DNA of 64,000 nt from Podospora anserina (lineage: Eukaryota): assembly GCA_017654855.1 (NCBI GenBank), contig CM030338.1, positions 806,001 to 870,000 on the forward strand, written 5' to 3'. Positions 59,799 to 64,000 of this stretch are shown here, in pieces. The notes below the pieces were generated by a model. It saw nothing but the letters and a program-made list of their open reading frames with translations, did no database searches and was not told where the DNA came from. Numbering within the stretch: the stretch's first letter is position 1; each line of letters opens with the position of its first letter. Position numbers and translations under genes: made by a program.

Positions 59799-60475
59799 TT
59801 TGGGGGTGTGAAATTGGATTTTTTTTGCCCGGTTTTGGCTTGGTCGGAACAGTGTTTGGAGATGCTGCGAAAGACTTGTTGCTGCAAGGTCAATTGCTGG
59901 TGGGGCCGAGTTGTTCAAAAATTTGGGACAGGGAACTTTTTCTGCCGGGCGGTGGGGCGATAAGATGGTTTGGTGTGGGTGATAAGACCTATACCTGGAA
60001 TTTGCTACCAATTGCTTTCCAAATTGCAAACGGGGCAATGAAAAAGAAAGAACCTCTTTTTGAATGCACTGAGTCTTCTTATTTAGGAACCGCAAATTGT
60101 ATGTGACAAGTTGTGAGCTCGTTTTGGAAAAGATTCCTCACCTCGAATTCAAAGATCAGTCTCCACTGTAGCTCGCCGCTCAGACCCGCTAACAACGCAA
60201 GGCTGGGCGTCCCCACAGCAGCTCGCCCCACCTGGCGTGCACGCGCATCATTGTTCACTGACAGAGCGTCCAGCCTCTCTCTCAACTCATTCCAGAGATC
60301 ATCACCAACTTAACTTTCGAGTACACCCACCACAAACAACGTCGCGCAACCAAGCTTTTCCCCCTTCCCACTGTCAAAATCAATCAACATCAACTCCCAC
60401 CACTCTCTCAACTCTCCTCCCGTCTTTTAACCCACCTATTTTCCCCTCGACCACACCACTTCCCATTTGGCCAAG

Positions 60476-61022
60476 ATGGCACCCGTAACCTCCGACCTCC
60501 CCCAAGTCCAAGGTGACCCCCTTTCCCTTTCCCTTCCCTTCCCCCCTCCCGTCCCATTTACTAACCCCCCTTTCTCTTACAGACTCCGTCTCAACAACCC
60601 TAACCCTCCTCTTCCAAACCCTAACCAACATCTCCCTCTACGACTCCGCCGGCCGCCCCTCCGCCCCGGTCCTAGCATCCGACCTCACAGCCCTAGACGA
60701 CTCCCTCCTCAAAGTCTCCCGCCTAGCCAACGCCCTCCCCCCCTCCGCCGTGCCCGGCATCCCCCTCCCCCTCATGGAATACGTCGAAAACGGGCGAAAC
60801 CCCGACATCTACACCAGAGAATTCGTCGAGCTGGTCAGGAGGTTGAACCATCTCACCAGAGGCAAGATGCACGCCTTTCGAGATTTCAGGGATGTCCTCG
60901 CGAGAGAGATGGCGGCGGCTATGCCTGAGGTGAAGGAGGATGCGATGAGGGTGGTGGAGGAGACGGGAGGGAAGGGGCCGGTTTTGTTGGGAGACGAGGA
61001 AGGGAAGACGGAGGGGAGGTGA
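60476..61022 (+). CDS. NUT2: Mediator subunit 10
   Basis: Exon 1 at 60476-60512 and intron at 60513-60582. Signature IPLPLMEYVENGRNPDIYTREFVE...RGKMHAFRDFRDVL. Confidence 0.92.
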
Positions 61023-61605
61023 TGCGAAGGGATGAGATGGGAATGGCTCAAGGAGTAGCGGTTGTCGAGTGGGGGGGGAGATGCTCAGAATATTGGGTGA
61101 TATTTTTTGGCGTTTGGGAAACAGGGCAAAGATACCAGCGCATATGCAGGCGCAACTTTTAGAGACTGGGATGATTTGGTTTTCGGCGCATTTGGCAGAT
61201 TTGATATGTTTTGGGACAGTCACTCGCATAAGAGGGCAGAGACAAACAATCAAGAACAATTATTCAATTTTGTACATCATATATCTAGTATAATCCTGGC
61301 CGCCTCTTCCCTCTCCATCTAGCCCCTTTTGATCCCCTCCCAAAACCAGGATATCACCCGCTTGCTTGCTCAATCGAAACACCAGCAAAGACAAGACCCT
61401 CCTACATCTAATGCTGATACAAACACCGAACCCGCCAACTCAGCAGAATGCCTGGCATGGAAGACGAAACAGAAAACCGAGTCGAACCATCAGCGACCCC
61501 TCTAAATTATTCCACAATAAAACAAACAACTAACAGAATGTATAAAAGCAAAGCTCTTTCTTCCCTCCCAATAAAATAATTACGTTTTACCCTTCCTCCC
61601 CTCCA

Positions 61606-64000
61606 TTAATTCTCCGCCACCGCCTTCAACGCCACATTCAAAGGCACAATCTTCAAGCTCCTCGCTCTCCTCAACCCGCCACCCTTGTTACTTCCCGAGC
61701 TGCTGCTTCTTTGCGGCTCGCCAGCTGACTGTTGTTGTTGCTGTTGCTGTGAGGGCACCACCGTCCTGGTGGGACTGGCGCTGTCTCTCCACTTTCTGAA
61801 CACGGCTTTCAAGTCTCTTGGGATACCCTCCAACACGACGGTGGCAACAGGGACAAACGGTCTGTCCTCCATGCCGGCGGCAAGTATGGCGTATTCTTGA
61901 GCAAAGTCCAGCGCGATGTGGAAGGCGGCGTATTGTGACTGCGACTTGCCTCCGACGATGATGTAGATTTCGAAAAAGGCGTCGAGGACGTAGATCTTGG
62001 ATGGCGACAGGTCTGTTTGGCTAAAGGGTGACAGTTCCTCGATCTGGAGCTATGTTAGCATGGTAATCCAGCGATTCAAACCAAAGCATAATCATACCTG
62101 TGTGCTGCTGGAGGCATCGGCATTGGCAACAAACAGCCTGTTGCTGTATCTGCCATAATTCGTCTTCAGCCTCCAGTGATCCGCCGAGATAGGCCGCGTG
62201 TTGGTGGTGGCCCCTGCCCCAAAGAGAGCCCAGAATCTCGGAGTCTCATAGCCCTCGTCGACCTCGGCCAGATCGCCCGACAACGCAAACTCCATGCCCA
62301 CCAATCTCGCACAACCCAACTCCTCCATGTCACTGCCTTTGCCCTTCCAGAGAGTACACTTGCCTTCCTGGGTGATCAGATAAGGAAAGCCAGAGCACAG
62401 ACTCAGAGGCGAGAAATCAACCTCATCGAACGCAACCTGGCCGTGGTACCGCCTGCCACAGAGCATGTGCGGCGCAAGCGAGTCGTATTTGTTGCTTGAT
62501 CCACGTCGAACAATGATAATGCCGCCGAGAGCCTGCAGAAATTCGGAGCTCTCCTTGCCCTGTGTTAATTTGATGAGCTTGCCGCCAAAGGAGCGAGCTT
62601 CCCTCGCCGCAAAGAGGTACGTATCCTCCACGACAGGCGAGGGAACCTCGTCGCCGGCCCAAAAGTAAATTTCATTCACGTTCCTCCCAGTGCTGTCAAT
62701 GAAAGAGTGGGGGCAAATGTACATCTCACGCTCGAACAAGACCCGTTCGTGATGTGGCGGCACAGGTATCTTTTTGCCCTCTGGGGTCAGTTGGAAAAGC
62801 TGAGCCAGTTGAGTGCGAACGGGCGCGGTCGATACCGGCCGCTTTACGAGAATCTCGGCCGCGTCGGTAGTGTACTTTCGCCGAGGACGCTCTGAGCCAA
62901 AGAAATCGGTAAGCATAGACGAAACATCCGAAGCATGCTTCGTAGGAGACCGGAAAGAAGGGGATTGTACAAGAGGTGGGGGGGACGCGACCGTCCGAGG
63001 AGGCGTAGATGTGACCGCGGGAGGCTCGGGAAGAGGCCTAGCGCCCTTGGGGGGCACTCTAGGTGGTCTCTCGAATTCTTTGGTGTCTTTTCGAGGTGGC
63101 TTTGGGGCCACGTCCGACTGTGTCAAGCCCAAGCCGACTCCGCCACCAAGCACTGGGGGGGTGCTCTTGATGGGCGCTGATGGCTCGAGCTGGGGCCTTT
63201 CGCTCAACAACTGCTTTCCAGCCGAGGGACTAGCCAGGCCCGAGAAGCGGTCCTTGGACGGTGAGGACGACCGCAAAGCGAGAGGCTCGGGTTGCGGGCT
63301 TGCAACGGCGGTGAAGCTCTCTTTGGCAGGTGAAGCGGGTCGTGACTTCACAGGCTCGGGCAAGATAGTGGCCTGGTCTTGCTGATCCATAAACTTGGAG
63401 ATCCTCTTCATATCGAGCTTCTTTGGGCTTGACGGTGCGGGTGTAGCGTCCTCCTCAGCGGCACCCAAGGCCTGGTTCTTGGCCGCAAGGGCAACTACCT
63501 GGTCAAACACCTTGGTTGGAGAACGGGAGCGGGTTCTGACAGGAGTAGACACAGCTGCTGGTTCTTCGGCAGCTTGCTGACCCTTAGCAGCAAGCGCTGC
63601 AGCCTGTTCATGAACTTTGGTGGTGGATCGAGGGCGGTTTCTGATGGGAGCAGAGGCCGGTGGAGCCTCATCCTCGGCAGGCTTTGATGCTTGTTGACTC
63701 AATGCCGCGAGTGCTGCCACCTGTTCATGCACCTTGGTCGGCGACCGGGCTCTGGTTTTAACAGAAGGAGATCCAACCAGAGAGATGGGTTGGCCGGTAG
63801 GCTCAGCTTCCACTTTCGAAGCCCGGCTGGAAGAATCAACGAGTGCAATGACCTCTGCAACAGACTTTCGCCTCTGCAGAATGAACGACTTACGCCGTTC
63901 CGCAACCGACTCACTGTCTGTCTTGGAGCCAGAAAACCTGTCCGGCTTCGGGGATGTCACTGGCTTCTCGGTCTTCGAGGCTGCGGTGTCGTTCTCGGCC
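61606..64000 (-). CDS. Gelsolin-repeat-containing protein (low-complexity N-terminal region, C-terminal gelsolin-like folds); 5' end outside the window
   Basis: Motifs LFEREMYICPHSF, YFWAGDEV, QGKESSEFLQALGG, LCSGFPYLI and LWKGKGS. An intron at 62097-62044 leads to IEELSPFSQTDL...IYVLDAFFEIYIIVG...DRPFVPV. Confidence 0.85.

Noticed and set aside
58983-59963. Plus-strand Ser/Leu-rich ORFs of 227-326 aa
   Set aside because: Antisense translation of the acidic, Lys-rich N-terminus of DRS1.
60594-60626. ACCCTAACCCT / ACCCTAACC telomere-like words
   Set aside because: They fall within the MED10 coding sequence (Thr-Leu-Thr codons) in a C-rich region.
1-64000. tRNA, 5S rRNA, CRISPR arrays, RIP-degraded transposons, secondary-metabolite cluster
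   Set aside because: None recognised by eye: no cloverleaf or 5S match, no long AT-rich RIP tracts, and no PKS or NRPS. CPS1 is a stand-alone DIP2-family gene.

Overview
Gene-dense, intron-containing DNA from a filamentous ascomycete. It looks like Sordariales, possibly Podospora; this is inferred from gene content, GT/CTRAY/YAG introns and base composition. I can support about 18 protein-coding genes: a DIP2/Cps1-like adenylate-forming protein, an orphan Cys/His protein, a class II cAMP phosphodiesterase, a single-pass membrane protein, a flavin reductase-like protein, a LIM-type zinc-finger protein, a NuSAP-like protein, a bZIP factor, Stm1, an MFS protein, a sideroflexin, a LAMMER kinase, a hypothetical protein, tRNase Z, App1, Drs1, Med10 and a gelsolin-repeat protein. 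The most notable features outside the ORF track are: (1) a LIM-type gene whose frame is broken only by one in-frame TAG inside a zinc finger, a candidate for UAG-to-UGG A-to-I stop-codon correction; (2) a ~360-bp MITE-like element with 24-bp terminal inverted repeats, a 9-10-bp target-site duplication and a core of degenerate telomeric CCCTAA repeats; (3) an intron-encoded box C/D snoRNA with a 13-nt guide to 18S rRNA (snR56/SNORD25 type); (4) several candidate regulatory arrangements, including a GC-AG intron, a possible poison exon, non-AUG N-terminal extensions and a uORF overlapping the tRNase Z start. All calls were read by eye; no database searches were run.
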